DNA of 63,802 bases, filler included, from Octopus bimaculoides (GCF_001194135.2; 8 parts of 8 records of this genome joined end to end with filler, not necessarily neighbours in it); one strand, 5' to 3'; shown: positions 25,368 to 38,679, counted from the first letter of the whole stretch. A program made the numbers and translations. Notes: generated from the sequence alone by a model not told the origin.

Positions 25368-25745
25368 NGCTGACGATATGTGCATCTCTGATCAGGAGCA
25401 GAAGTAGTTGGGGAGCATCATAGCCATGTGTTGAGAGGAATTCTTCGGGGTTTGAATAATTCACCTTTGGAAACATGGGTGTTTTGCTTAACATCCTTAA
25501 ACAAACCTTATTCAGGGACCTTTTGAGCGGGATGGTCTACTCGACCTGAAGAAAATTCTAACTGGGCCCCACCTGCGAGGTCATGCGCTGTTTATCTTGA
25601 TATGAGATCACCATGTCGTACACATATGGTTTGTGATGCATGTGCCTGGTGTACCCTTATCAGACGGGTAGTCATGATGGGTATAATGGGCTTTGTATAT
25701 TTTAACCCCAGTGACACTTTGATGGCATGCACTGCTCTCTCACTT
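25368..25745. mobile_element. Unclassified interspersed-repeat-like segment ending at an (ATT)n tract
   Basis: Non-coding, GC-richer than flanks, bounded by a gap and a microsatellite; resembles octopus repeats from memory only. Confidence 0.35.
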
Positions 25746-25780
25746 ATTATTATTATTATCATTATTATTATTATTATTAT

Positions 25781-26077
25781 TGATCAGTAGTTTTATTTTT
25801 ATAACGTGCTTTCACTTCACTACCGAGTGCAGCTCTGTGTGCCTTGGGTATGTGCTGTGGTTTGCTGTGGTGCTCTTATGGTTACTGTATTGAAAGTGTT
25901 TTGCTTAGGATGTGCGCAGTGCCCAGTAGTGCAATTTTCTGTATGTTATATATATTTGTAAGTCCTGGTGATTTTGTTATGTATTTGTCTGAATATTTTT
26001 TTATTATACCTAAGGCACCTACTATGATAATTGTTTCTGTTTTTAGATTCCACATTCGAGTTACCTCTATTTCTCGG
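25781..26077 (-). mobile_element. Second R4/Dong-type 3' end (different subfamily)
   Basis: REIEVTRMWNLKTETIIIVGALGIIKK...IQKIALLGTAHILSKTLSIQ*; its 3' UTR differs from the 24571 copy; ends in (TAA)n at 25745-25780. Confidence 0.88.
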
Positions 26078-26119
26078 TACGAAAAATAGCAATGTTCCAC
26101 TTTCAAATGAGGGCATGTA

Positions 26120-26189
26120 CGAGGGTGAGTCAAAAACTAATATCATTTTGTCGTAAACAAAATGCTATTACTTTTTTGACTCACCTTCT
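26120..26189. mobile_element. 70-bp mariner-type mini-MITE
   Basis: TA|cgagggtgagtcaaaaa ... tttttgactcaccttct|TA. Confidence 0.75.
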
Positions 26190-26563
26190 TACAGACATTT
26201 TATTCAAGTTTGCGCTAAAACCAGCTTATAAAAACGTGACCCGTGCCCAACATTAAACCGTTCTCAGATAATTATTTGTAACCATTCGCAAATGTAAGAA
26301 TATTTAATTACATGAAGATGAAAAAAATACATTGAAAGCGGCCAAACCGGATATATATATATTCATGTGAATATTAAATTAATAACATATACAAGTCTTT
26401 TTCTTCCCAAAGTTAACCAACCTTCTCGTTCGTCATAAAGATAGCTTGAGATTCTTTTGTGTCTACTAAGATATTCTCCCATCCAAATTGAATGACGTGG
26501 GAGAAAGTTTCCTGCTCACGTGTTCTAGAAAAGCGAGGCCCATGCATTTGGCAATAATTTGCG

Positions 26564-27670
26564 GGAGTGGCTGTGTGGCAAGTAGCTTGCTTATCAACCA
26601 CGTGGTTCCCGGTTCAGTCCCACTGCGTGGCACCTTGGGCAAGTGTCTTCTGCTATAGCCTCGGGCCGACCAAAGCCCTGTGAGTGGATTTGGTAGACGG
26701 AAACTGAAAGAAGCCCGTCGTATATATATATATAGCTATATATGTATATCTATAGGTGTAGGAGTGGCTGTNNNNNNNNNNNNNNNNNNNNNNNNNNNNN
26801 NNNNNNNNNNNNNNNNNNNNNNNNNNNNNNNNNNNNNNNNNNNNNNNNNNNNNNNNNNNNNNNNNNNNNNNNNNNNNNNNNNNNNNNNNNNNNNNNNNNN
26901 NNNNNNNNNNNNNNNNNNNNNNNNNNNNNNNNNNNNNNNNNNNNNNNNNNNNNNNNNNNNNNNNNNNNNNNNNNNNNNNNNNNNNNNNNNNNNNNNNNNN
27001 NNNNNNNNNNNNNNNNNNNNNNNNNNNNNNNNNNNNNNNNNNNNNNNNNNNNNNNNNNNNNNNNNNNNNNNNNNNNNNNNNNNNNNNNNNNNNNNNNNNN
27101 NNTATATATATATATATATAGGTGCTGGAGTGTCTGTGGTAAGTAGCTTGCTTACCAATCACATGGTTCTGGGTTCAGTCCCACTGCGTGGCACCTTGGG
27201 CAAATGTCTTCTACTATAGCCTCGGGTCAACCAAAACCTTGAGTGGATTTGGTAGACAGAAACTGAAAGAAGCCCCTCATGTATATATCTAGGAGTGGCT
27301 GTGTGGTAAGTTGCTTGCTTACCAATCACATGGTTCCGGGTTAAGTCCCACTGCGTGGCACCTTGGGCAAGTGTCTTCTACTATAGCCTCGGGCCGACAA
27401 AAGCCTTGTGAGTGGACTTGATAGACGGAAACTGAAAGAAGCCTATCTTATATATGTATGTGTTTGTCCCCCCCCACACACACACACACAACATCGCGTG
27501 ACAACTGATGCTGGTGTGTTTACGTCCCTGTAACTTAAGCGGTTCGGCTAAAGAGACCGATAGAATAAGTACTAGGCTTCCAAAGAATAAGTCCTGGGGT
27601 TGATTTGCGCTCGACGAAAGGCGGTGCTCCAGCATAGCCGCAGTCAAATGACTGGAACAAGTAAAAGATT
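26564..27670 (+). mobile_element. Head-to-tail array of SINE family 1 5' modules ending in one full-length copy
   Basis: Heads (ggagtg) at 26564, 26761, 27127 and 27292, joined by TA-rich linkers; only the last continues into the 3' module (about 27450-27670). Confidence 0.88.
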
Positions 27671-27680
27671 AAAAGAGAGA

Positions 27681-27740
<60 letters not shown>

Positions 27741-27743
<3 letters not shown>

Positions 27744-27897
27744 CTCTATATTTAGGAGATGAGGAATTATGACGGATCTTTGTCCTTATCTTGTTTGTTG
27801 TTAACACAACGTTTCGGCTGATATACCCTCCAGCCTTCTTAAGGTGTCTTGGGGAAATTTCGAACCTGGGTCCTCATTCCTAAGGTATTTTTCGATG

Positions 27898-27968
<71 letters not shown>

Positions 27969-28010
27969 CTCTATATTTAAGAGATGAGGAATTATGACGG
28001 ATCTTTGCCC
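27741..28010 (-). mobile_element. Penelope-like terminal repeat plus partial tandem restart at 27966
   Basis: Same sequence as 37218-37372, which adjoins a GIY-YIG ORF; units separated by (ATT)n. Confidence 0.85.
27803..27848 (-). ncRNA. Minimal hammerhead motif, core mutated (CUUAAGA)
   Basis: GACAC CTTAAGA A GGCTG gagggtatat CAGCC GAAA CG TT GTGTT. Confidence 0.65.
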
Positions 28011-29929
28011 TCTTCTTCTTCTTCTTCTTCTTCTTCTTCTTCTTCTTCTTCTTCTTCTTCCTCTTCTACTTCTTCTTCTTCTTCTTCTTCATCTTCTTCT
28101 TCTTCTTCTTCTTCTTCTTCTTCTTCTTCTTCTTCTTCTTCTTCTTCTTCTTCTTCTTCTTCTTCTTCTTCTTCTTCTCCTTCTCCTTCTCCTTCGTCGT
28201 CTTCTTCTTCCTCTTCTACTTCTTCTTCTTCTTCTTCTTCTTCTTCATCTACTTCTTCTTCTCCTTCTCCTCCTTCATCGTATTCTTCTTNNNNNNNNNN
28301 NNNNNNNNNNNNNNNNNNNNNNNNNNNNNNNNNNTTAATTAATTAANNNNNNNNNNNNNNNNNNNNNNNNNNNNNNNNNNNNNNNNNNNNTGGTTGGTAA
28401 GCAAGCTACTTACCACACAGCCACTCTTGCGCCTATTGTTAATTTTTTTTCTCGGAAAACGTTCAGAGTGACTAGTTTCGGTTGGTTGGCCGTCATTCGA
28501 ACAAGCTGAAACTGTATAGTCATCAGCAAACTTTTTCTTTGTAAATGTGAATAAGTGTATATGAGTGCGTGAGAGAGAGAGAGAGGCGGGAAGGGAAAGA
28601 GAGTGCGTGTGTGCGTGTATGTAGTGTGTGCGAGAGAGAGTGCGTGTGTGAGTGTGTATGTGTGTGTGTGTGTAGCCAGTGTGTGGGTATGTATATGTAT
28701 TAAATAGTTCGGACCAGAGCAACAATAGAAGACTCTCGTTCAAGTCGCCACTGAACTCTAAACCAAACGGTTGGGAAACAAACTTTTTGCCACACAGCCA
28801 GAGTCTATTAATTATATTGTTAATTAATAGACATGGCTATTAGTTATAGTATTTCTTGCATAACAATTCTGATGAGTATCTCCTACTGTCCTGGCTTTAT
28901 CAAACACATTTTCATGCAGCAGGCTGGTTGAAGTATTTTCTAGTTCGCTTTAAGAATCAACCACGTTTGCTGTCATCTTTTGACTGTAAACAGAAATCAA
29001 TAGTCCACATTCCATACTATGGTATATCTGCCACTTTGGAAGCAAGTATTTCCGGGTACCACGTTTGTATGCAGCATCTATATATCTTCTTCGCTTGCAT
29101 GATGATTTCAACTATTGGCCCTCTCGACATAACAATTAGTCAATGTGTTGTGTTTTTAATGATTGCTAATTCTTAATGTCTCTATAATTATGCATTCCTT
29201 TCCAACTGGATTAAAATTTACACGCTTGCCTGACTGAAATTCAGTGCAGAAGTACTTTATTTATTTTTTTTTTTTTTCGTTTTTATTTATCTATTTTTAT
29301 TTTTCGTTCATTCGAGACTTGTCGAACAAGATATATTTGCGTGTTGCTATCATTCAGGCAAAAAGCATTTGAAAACAAACACAAAAAAAAACAAATGAAA
29401 AACAAAAGACCGAACTAAATTTCTTTACATCTAATCTACTCCACATAATCTTGGATTTCCATGATTCTGGTTGCTTTACCATGCCGGAGGATAACACATT
29501 CATACTACTTGAAGACATTTGCCGTCGAGGGTATAGGAAAACTTCTAAAAAAGGAGTAAGAGATTATATGTTTAAAATATACACTTTATTCTTATCTTTC
29601 TTCTCCCAGCCTTTCCAAATTATGTTGTTTTTTTATTTTTGGACATTGAGTTTTCCACTTGAAATGTAAACAACTCAAGCAAAACCACCGACACAAACGC
29701 ACACATAAACACGCACACACACACATACACACACATAGACACACACGTACACACACACGCGCTCATGTATGATGTGTCTCCATATGTGTCGTTGTGTGAA
29801 GTGAAATGTGTGTGTATATGGTCATGTGTTTCAGTCTTCATTTGCGTATGCATGTGTATGTGTGTGCTTGTCTATTCATATTACCTATGTACCTATCCGT
29901 CTGTACGTCTAGCTGTTTACATTCATATC

Positions 29930-30570
29930 CATGTACTTTCGGGCCTGGGCCTATGGATAACTTCCAGAAACCCCTTGCCTGGTAGTGCAACTGAGGGGCG
30001 CTGCCTGTTCGAGATAAACTTTACAGGCACGGAAGTGCCGTCAGCCGGGCCTGCCCGAGGTGCGCTCAGAACGATGAAACCGTTCTGCACGCCTTAGACC
30101 AGTGACCAGTGACCGAATGTTGCTGACCTGTAGTTTTATGTTGAACACCTGCTGTCACGTGTAGGACGGGTCCGGCTATCAGTTAAATCTATAGTGTAGA
30201 TTGCCCCGCCGCCCTCTTTTGGCCGGGAGGGGTAGGCAAATTTTATTTGTCTAGTAGCTGTAGCGAAAGAGGTAGTATGGTGGACCCGTTTAAAAGGGCT
30301 AAAGACAGACACTTCCCTCTTTGGCTAAACCCTCATCAACTTTTTCAAGTTTCACTTGAAAAGGAAGTTGAGGGTGGAGAGAGGAAGTTTGTTGAAAGGT
30401 GGGTGAATGTTGGAAGAATGGCCAGTGTGGAAGGACCAATTCTGAGCTTACACCTGTAAAAAGAGAAGTAAAGAAGAAGGAAACTTGCCCTGTTGTTCAG
30501 GCACCCGTGGCTTTTGTGGACTTTTCCATGAGGACCTTAAAGTGCCTCCCCTATTGGGAGTTTTAATTTG
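29930..30570. other. GC-rich, hairpin-dense element of unknown class
   Basis: Nested complementary arms (see findings); abrupt compositional change from CA/TA flanks; runs into a gap. Confidence 0.5.
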
Positions 30571-33500
30571 TTTNNNNNNNNNNNNNNNNNNNNNNNNNNN
30601 NNNNNNNNNNNNNNNNNTTAATTAATTAANNNNNNNNNNNNNNNNNNNNNNNNNNNNNNNNNNNNNNNNNNNNTATATATATACATACAAGCATAAATAC
30701 ATATATATATACATACACATACATATATACATACATACATATTGTTACAAACTTTCTGTTCGCATTCATTGCTAAAGCAAGCATTTCTTTTGTCTATTCA
30801 TCACTAAAATCTAAGATTTAAAACGAACCAATCGATAGACATCAATTTTCGTTGGTTCTGCATTGGTTACTTTTGTTATCTTATGGACAGATTCCTTTGT
30901 GCAGAGATGAAACTAGGCCAGACATTTCACATCCCAAAATGAAATTTATTCTGCCTATGTATTCTTTATTCTTTTATTGGTTTCAGCCAACGGACTTTCG
31001 CCAGGCTGATGCACCGTTTTCAATGGCTAAAGTCGATGATTCCATCTTCAGTACTTATTTCAGTCTGGTACTTCCTTTAACGAACACTTTTGTTGTACTG
31101 CTAAGTTCCGAGATATAAAGGGACTGTTGTTTTATAAATCAATGTAATATAAATACACGAACACATATCTATCCTCATAAAAGCAAACTTATATAAATAG
31201 CTAGACAGTCAGATTGACAAACAAGCAAACAGACAAACAGACTGGTAGTTAGATCTTAAATTTTACAATAAAAACATTTAGGGCGTCTTCGAGGTTTCGA
31301 CTTCTCTTGTATTGGTTCATTCTGGCTTCTCTAAACTTTGACAGTTGTTTTTTTTTTCTTTTTTTTCAAGTTGAGTAATGTATATAATAATTCTAATTAA
31401 GTTGGTGTATATTGACTTGGGAAATAATTGTGAAAGAACGGAGAAATATTAGGGCATATGAGGAAAGTATGTGTTTGTAGAGCGTGAGGTGATAGAAAGT
31501 TATAGTAAAAGGATGTGTGCTTCTTTGATATTGAAATTTTATTGTTTAAGCTTCAGTCAGGCGTGTATGTAAAGGAGTAGACAGATGTGTCATACTCAGT
31601 TTATGATATTTTTTTAGATATAAACTTGGATTTCCTTATATTTATGGTTCACAAATAAATGCATATAAATTATGCATGAAACACTTCAAAATTTTCGCCC
31701 AAATCTATTTATCATAACTTACTTAATCTATGTTGACTTTTTATATTACTGTTGATCTCAAGACAGACAAAACCCCCCTATACATAGCCTAAAAAGAAAA
31801 ATGTATACACACATACGAGAAACGTGAAGTGAAGTCACTTGCTCAAGGATACAATACACAGCCCGGTCCGTGAGTCGAACTTACAACCTAACGATTATAA
31901 GCTCGACACTATAACCACTGGCCATGCACCTTCACACACACACATATTTATATATACAAAGAGAGGGAGAGAATGAAAGAGTAAGGTATATATGAATATA
32001 TATATGTATATATATATGTATGTATGTGTGTGTGTGTGTGTGTGTGTATACACATACATACATGTAGTCTCAATGCCTTGTGAATGAAACAGGTACGCGA
32101 AAATCCCGTAGACTTAATAAATCTTGCCATTGATCAGAAGTTTTCAAGTTCAAGCCATGATCGTCCTGCCTTCTCTTCAGAGTGTGAGTGTGTGTACATA
32201 CGCGCGCACGCGTGTGTATGTGTATGTGTGTGTGTATACATGCGTGTGTATATACATGCGTGTGTGTATACATCTTTGTGTGTGTGTGTGTGTGTGTGCA
32301 CATGCGAACATGTCTGCGTGCGTAATGTCTGTGTGAATTTATGTACGCATGTTCTTACGTTGATACACCTGAGAAGAGTGTCCTTTCTACTGCCGTAACC
32401 AAGCTGTGCATCTCCTAGAGAGAGAGCTTAACTGCGTACTAGGCGTAATAATAAAATTACAGGGAGCGATGTAATCGACTGAATATCTTTAAGATGCTGA
32501 CCGACATGGACTCTTGGCATTCTCAAAAAGATGTGTTTTCATACAGTTTACGGTGATAAGATTGTATGGAATAAAAAAATGTACTAAGCAATTTGCTATA
32601 GAAACTTTTAAATGTTTAACTCTAAAAATGTTGATGACGATTGCAGTAGAGTATAATGCACATTTCCCAATGAACAAAATTGTTAAACCAATATCGATTC
32701 CTTGTAAAGGCATCTCTAAAAATTGGGGCTTTTGTTTCCTCAAGACAACAAAAACGTCAATCGCAGTTGTTTAGTTCCAGGCAAGTCCACACATGATGAA
32801 AGGCTTTCAAACTAAACGATGATCATGCAACCTTTTCTTGCGGACATTTTGAATTATAAAGTGTAACCTTTTCTTTTGGTACGATAGTAGGAACAGAGAT
32901 TATTTCGGTTCTGTTCTACTTGTTAAAGCGACTATGTCAAACCGAGATAATCTGAAAGACTTGGCAAAAATTCAGATTCAAGAAGTGGTGTTGCGAGTAG
33001 GATGTTCTTTCTAGTCCTTCGAGTTTGCAATATTGGGATAGAATCTTGCTCTTAGCTTATCTCCTCCTCTTACATTTCCAATCAATTTCATTGAAATGGT
33101 GAGAATTTTCTTTATTCACTCTTCTCCATTCTGTAAGATTAGAGAGAGCTTCAAAGAAGTTTAAAATAGTCAGGCTAAGTGTTATCATATCTGATGTTAA
33201 TATATCTAACGTAAGAAACTTCACGAATATAACTAGAAATAATAGTGCAATTCTTTAAAAACATAAGCTGAATGGCTAAGATTATTTAAATCCTCTTATT
33301 AAGTGTGATATACAACTCCCCACATGCTCTTGAGGCATTAGACCTCTTCAATGAATCTTAAGATTCAGTGCATTTATCAAAGAAGTTATGATAGAATCAC
33401 TAAGTAAATATTCAGGATTACATTATATATGACGGGTATATATGAAATTTAACCTCTTTTTAACCATTGGGGTTAATTTCAATTTTGGACTGCGGACAAC

Positions 33501-36222
33501 AAGGGAAAAAATCAGCCAACGTCCACAGCTTGGCGATATTGAAATAACGTCGTTGGTCGTAGTGTGTATTTTTTGTTTTTTTTAGATAACTCGCTGTTTC
33601 CAATTTCTCCCTTTGCCTCTAATATTTGATTAAATTCATTTCAAGGTTCCTTCTTGATAGGAATTGCTGCTAGAGACAAGTATTTTCACAGAAAACAGCA
33701 GAGCTAGCAGTAATACTTGCAGGAGTGTAGCCAAAAGATTTCAAAAGAATAAATAATTAAATAATATAAATAAGTGTGTTAAATTATTGGCAGGTATGTC
33801 TCTTCTAAAACACAACAGCTTCTGTAATCACAGAACCAATTTTCAGATCACAACACTTGCCAAGCTGTAAAGGAAAAACAACATTGTGTTCGAAGAAAGC
33901 AATTCAATGGGAATAAATAGAAAAATAGATGAAAATGGTGGTATTCTTTATTTGTTTTTTGTTGTTGCTTTTTATATACCTCAAACAATCTTGAATGAAT
34001 GAATTACTGCTGTGCATGGATTCCCTGCGGGAGAAACATGAAAACTATATCAGAGTTCAAATTAGTGATGTCTGAGAATACACTCAGGTGAAATGACTTT
34101 ACTTTAGACACAGTCGTAATTGATTCTGCTCTAGACATGACTATTGATTAGGTACATTGGCATAAGTCCATGTAAATTTTTAAGATGGGGGGAATATAGT
34201 CCATTGACGTTTCTGCAATAATGTCTGAGAAAAATGCAGCCAGATGAAATAGTTTTACATTAGTCAGTTAGAATTGAGCCTGTATTGTACATCAACATCA
34301 ATTATCTTTGTAAGGTATTACTATTTATGAACTTTTATTCTCCACTGACACAAGTAACACACATTTTAAGACTGATAGCACGACCAAAATTTACTTGCCT
34401 ACAACCAACGCGAGAATACAACTTTGAATATTTTCTTGTTTAAGGCCCTAAAATATTAGCTCTAACAATCTTACGGCTATTACAGTTATTGACCTTGTTT
34501 ATGAACCCTCCTATATTCCATTAAATTTGCTCCTACAGATGACTCGTAAATTATTCCCAAGACTGTAAACAGCATGAATGAAAATCGAATTCTACTACAG
34601 TCAAATGCAAACTTAAATAGTTGTGGGACGAAATTAAAATTGCAAGGCTTTTACATTGTATCTAAATTTAATTCATTTAAATTGGAAGTCATTTAACAAT
34701 ACTCTTCTGTTTCTGTTAATAATATAAGCTCCAGAGGTACGAAACTATGGAGGATGGCGGTAACGTAGTTGATTCTTTTTTCGGTGACGAAAAGTGAGAC
34801 GAGTCAGTCAAGAGTGCTTATGTGGATATTGTATGAGTCAAGGCAGTTCCAGGAGCAAAGGTCACTAAAATAACGATAAAACAGGCAGATAGAAGAAACA
34901 CTTACTGGTATAACATTCTTCTTTTTCTTTTCAATCATTAGTTAGAAATTTGGTAAAATGTAACTTAAAATCAAATATATAATTTTGTATAAATCAAGAG
35001 GCCTTGGAGACTTTTGTTTTAAGATGTATTGAATTAACAATATTCAGTACAAACAACGAATTGTAAAGAAATTTAGAAGTATTCAAATTGTCTTTAAAAT
35101 TCAATTAAATTAAGGCTATCAAAATTCAAATTCTGGTCGTAATTATATATTTTCGAAAAATAAAATAAATCTTCATTGTAAAAGGGAATTTTGAAAGAAG
35201 CAGTAAACGAACACTAACTCGAGTTGAAATCCCACCGAAGAACTTTTTGCTATTCATCTTCGGAAGATCGAGAAAATAAAGTTCCAGACAAGTACTGGAT
35301 TTGATATAATTGACTGCACCCCTTTCACAAACGGCATTAGGCTACGAATGATTATGTATGAAAGCGTAGATGATAGATGTTGTTTTTTTTTTATATATGC
35401 ATGCGTGTACACATCCATATTCGTGTAACAGTTATTCGGAAATTAACCAAATCGTTAGCACTTACTCTCTGATGTACAAGGAGAAAGTATTTTGAAACAG
35501 CAATTATCGTTGCTTTCGAAATGGAGTCGATAAATACTAGACATACACTGTAGTCGATTTAAACAACTGAACTTTATCATAACAGTGTGCTCATCTCGAT
35601 CATCTAAGAAATGCCAGAACGCTTCTGAGCTATTGCGGGATGCATTCAAACAGCCAAAAAACGATTCCCTAAGTAGTTGCTTCAACTGCTACACAAAGCA
35701 TTTCAATGTCCCATATATCAAAGTTTACTGCCTTAAAAAACGAAGGACATTGTGAAATAGAGTCCAAGATATACAATGCTTGAATAAAGAACAAGATGGA
35801 TGAAATGGAATGCGTCTCATTATAGACTACATTACCAACAACAATAAAACAACCATTATATCTTAAGTAGCATGGCTAAAGTTGTTGTTTTGACAGAATA
35901 AGCATTTTCCTTTCACAGATATGGGAACAATTTATAGATGAGATTTAGAAGAATTTATATTAGTATATTTTTTTGTTTTGTTTTAGATTCTGTTAAGATT
36001 TCAAAACATTTTTAAACATTGAATTTCACCACCACAGGCATGTGTCTATGTGTGCGCGCGCGCACACACACACACGTGTTCGTGGTTGCAACCACGCATA
36101 TGTAAAATATAAAAGTAATTCTTATTAACTTTACTTTTATATTGACATTATTTTCCATGCTATTATTCTATTTATTATTATTATCATTATTATTATTGAT
36201 CTTGTTATTAGGTACTTATACA

Positions 36223-36265
<43 letters not shown>

Positions 36266-36823
36266 GTCTGCATGTACATACATAAATATATATTATATAC
36301 GTATACCCACAGATTATCACTACAAATCTGCGTGTTTACATTACTGAAAAGTAAATTTTTGACAAAAGGTGTATAAAATAATCACCATTACTTTTATATA
36401 ACTTCAATATCAATTTTTTTTACAGTCTTGTCTTCCATAGAAATTTTTATTATTATTTTCTTTATCGTGTTTAACTTAGGTTATCTCAGGCTATCAATTT
36501 TTTACATATCCTCTGCTGTTTGTATTTTTATAAGTTTTATTTACTTTCATTTTGTGTTTTCAAAGATTACTTTTAGGTATTCAAAGTTTTAATTTTTTTT
36601 ATCTTGTACACGATAATGCAATGACTACTTAAAATGTTACAAATAATTATATAGATATGTGCGTGTGTGTCTGTGCATATACATATGTACATACCCATGT
36701 GTATGTATATGTGTTTGCATACATGTACACATAAATACACACACATACAGATGTACATACAAGCATATATATGTGAATACATTCCTATGTGTTTGTTTGT
36801 GCTTACGTGTATGTGTATGTGTT

Positions 36824-36917
<94 letters not shown>

Positions 36918-37217
36918 CATACATATATATGTATATACATATGTGTGTATATATATATATGTTTATCTTTATGTTTTATCTTTATCTTTTAATGGTTTCA
37001 GCCAGTGACTAAGACCATGCTGGAGCACCGCTTTTCGGTGTTTGGGTTTCTGTTCAGTACAGTCTCTAATGAGTTTGACGCAGCTGCTTTTCCTAGTGTC
37101 ACTCGCCATGATGTGGGTTCCTCTAGTAACTCAGATGCTCTTTGAAGACCATATCTATACCACTATATATATACACTTCCATTTCTACACCTTGCAAAAC
37201 TATGCGGTTATTTAATA

Positions 37218-38140
37218 CAGTTCTATATTTAAGAGATGAGGAATTATGTACATTATTTACATTTGACGGATATTCGTCCTCCTCTTGTTTGTTGTTAACA
37301 CAACGCCTCAGCTGATATACCCTCCAGCCTTCCTCAGGTGTCTTAGGGAAGTTCCTAAGGTATTTTTCGATATCATCATGGAATCAAACTCGGGATCTTG
37401 GGTTAGTAGCCCGCGCTCTTAACCACTTATGCAATTATGGAGTGAAATTTAGGGCTTATACATCTAATATTTTCCTATCCTTCTTTAATACCGGTTCCCA
37501 TATGCTACTCATATCTGCACTCGGTCTGCTTAGGAGGTTGTTGTGTTCTAGCATATGTGCTGCTTCTTTAAGTTTTCGTATTTTCCAGTGATATTCTCTG
37601 TCTATTATTTTAACTTCATCCCACAGAGGGAGTTGGTCTCCATTTTTCCATACATGATCAGCTATACAAGATTTATCAATATCTCCTCGTGTCACAGCTT
37701 TGCGATGTTCGTGTACCCTCATTTTGAGGGAGCGGCATGTTTCGCCTTTGTATAACCTACCAGAGCTGCACGGGATGGAGAACACGCAGTCATTGGTCAT
37801 TTTCTCTTCTATTGGTGGTTTTATTTGAAGGAGATGTTTGCGAAGTGTTGTATTACTCTTGAATACTGTCCTGATGTCATATGGTCCGCATATCTTTAGT
37901 ATCTTTTCGGAGGGACCTTTCACATAGGGTATACAGGTTGTGGACAGTTTATTGGTTTCATCTTCTCCTCTCTTCATAATTGGAGCGGATAGTATGTTTC
38001 TTGGGGTAGTTGTTGCTTAATAGATTGTTATTGAGCTTGATCATTTCTTCGTGGTGTGTAACACGATCATTGCTTATATTCTTTGCTCGATGTTTTAGAC
38101 ACTGAGCAATCCCTCTCTTTACACTGTGTCTCACCATCCA
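37218..38140 (-). mobile_element. 5'-truncated Penelope-like element with GIY-YIG endonuclease
   Basis: ORF 37456-37977: IPYVKGPSEKI...VFSIPCSSGRLYKGETCRSLKMRVHEHRK...KSCIADHVW...KIIDRE...RKLKEA. A frameshifted upstream part (HSVKRGIAQCLKHRAKNI) and the terminal repeat at 37218-37372 complete it. A small SINE head is inserted at about 37376-37428. Confidence 0.93.
37297..37342 (-). ncRNA. Minimal hammerhead motif, GAAA mutated to GAGG
   Basis: GACAC CTGAGGA A GGCTG gagggtatat CAGCT GAGG CG TT GTGTT; same strand as the GIY-YIG ORF. Confidence 0.65.
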
Positions 38141-38679
38141 AACAGTGGAAAGATGGTAGTTTTCGCCTCACAGACCGGCTATTTTCTTTTAGCATCGAGT
38201 TGCATTAGTTATAATAATATTTTGCAATCATTTAATACGCAGGTATATATATGTGTATGTATGTATGTATGTATGTATGTATGTATGTATGTATGTATGC
38301 ATACATATATATATATATTTGCGTGTGTGACTACCTGTATGTACGCATCTGTATCTACGTATACGTATGTATCTATGTGAGTGTGTGAGCGTGTGTGTGT
38401 GAGCGTGTGTGTGTGAGCGTGTGTTATTATTATTTAGACCAAAGTACTTTGACATATGTTCCTGCAATATCTTACTGATTCCATTCTCTACTACAACTCT
38501 CAGCCATACCTCAGTACCTGGTTCGCTTCAATCTCATCCTTTCCCCAAATTCTTAGCCTCAATTCCTACTCTTTATCAGTTTTAGTTAGATATCTATGCA
38601 AGCAAAATCATCACATATTGTTTCAATACTATTCATGCGTACATCCATTCTTCCCCTCACCACTATCTCACTTTACATA

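Noticed and set aside
26564-27450. CRISPR-like or tRNA gene array
   Set aside because: Units are about 165-200 bp SINE modules with no unique spacers and no complete cloverleaf.
30852-31118. ORF with an apparent tttcAG acceptor as exon 2 of the signal-peptide gene
   Set aside because: The sequence is a decayed reverse-strand SINE family 1 tail.
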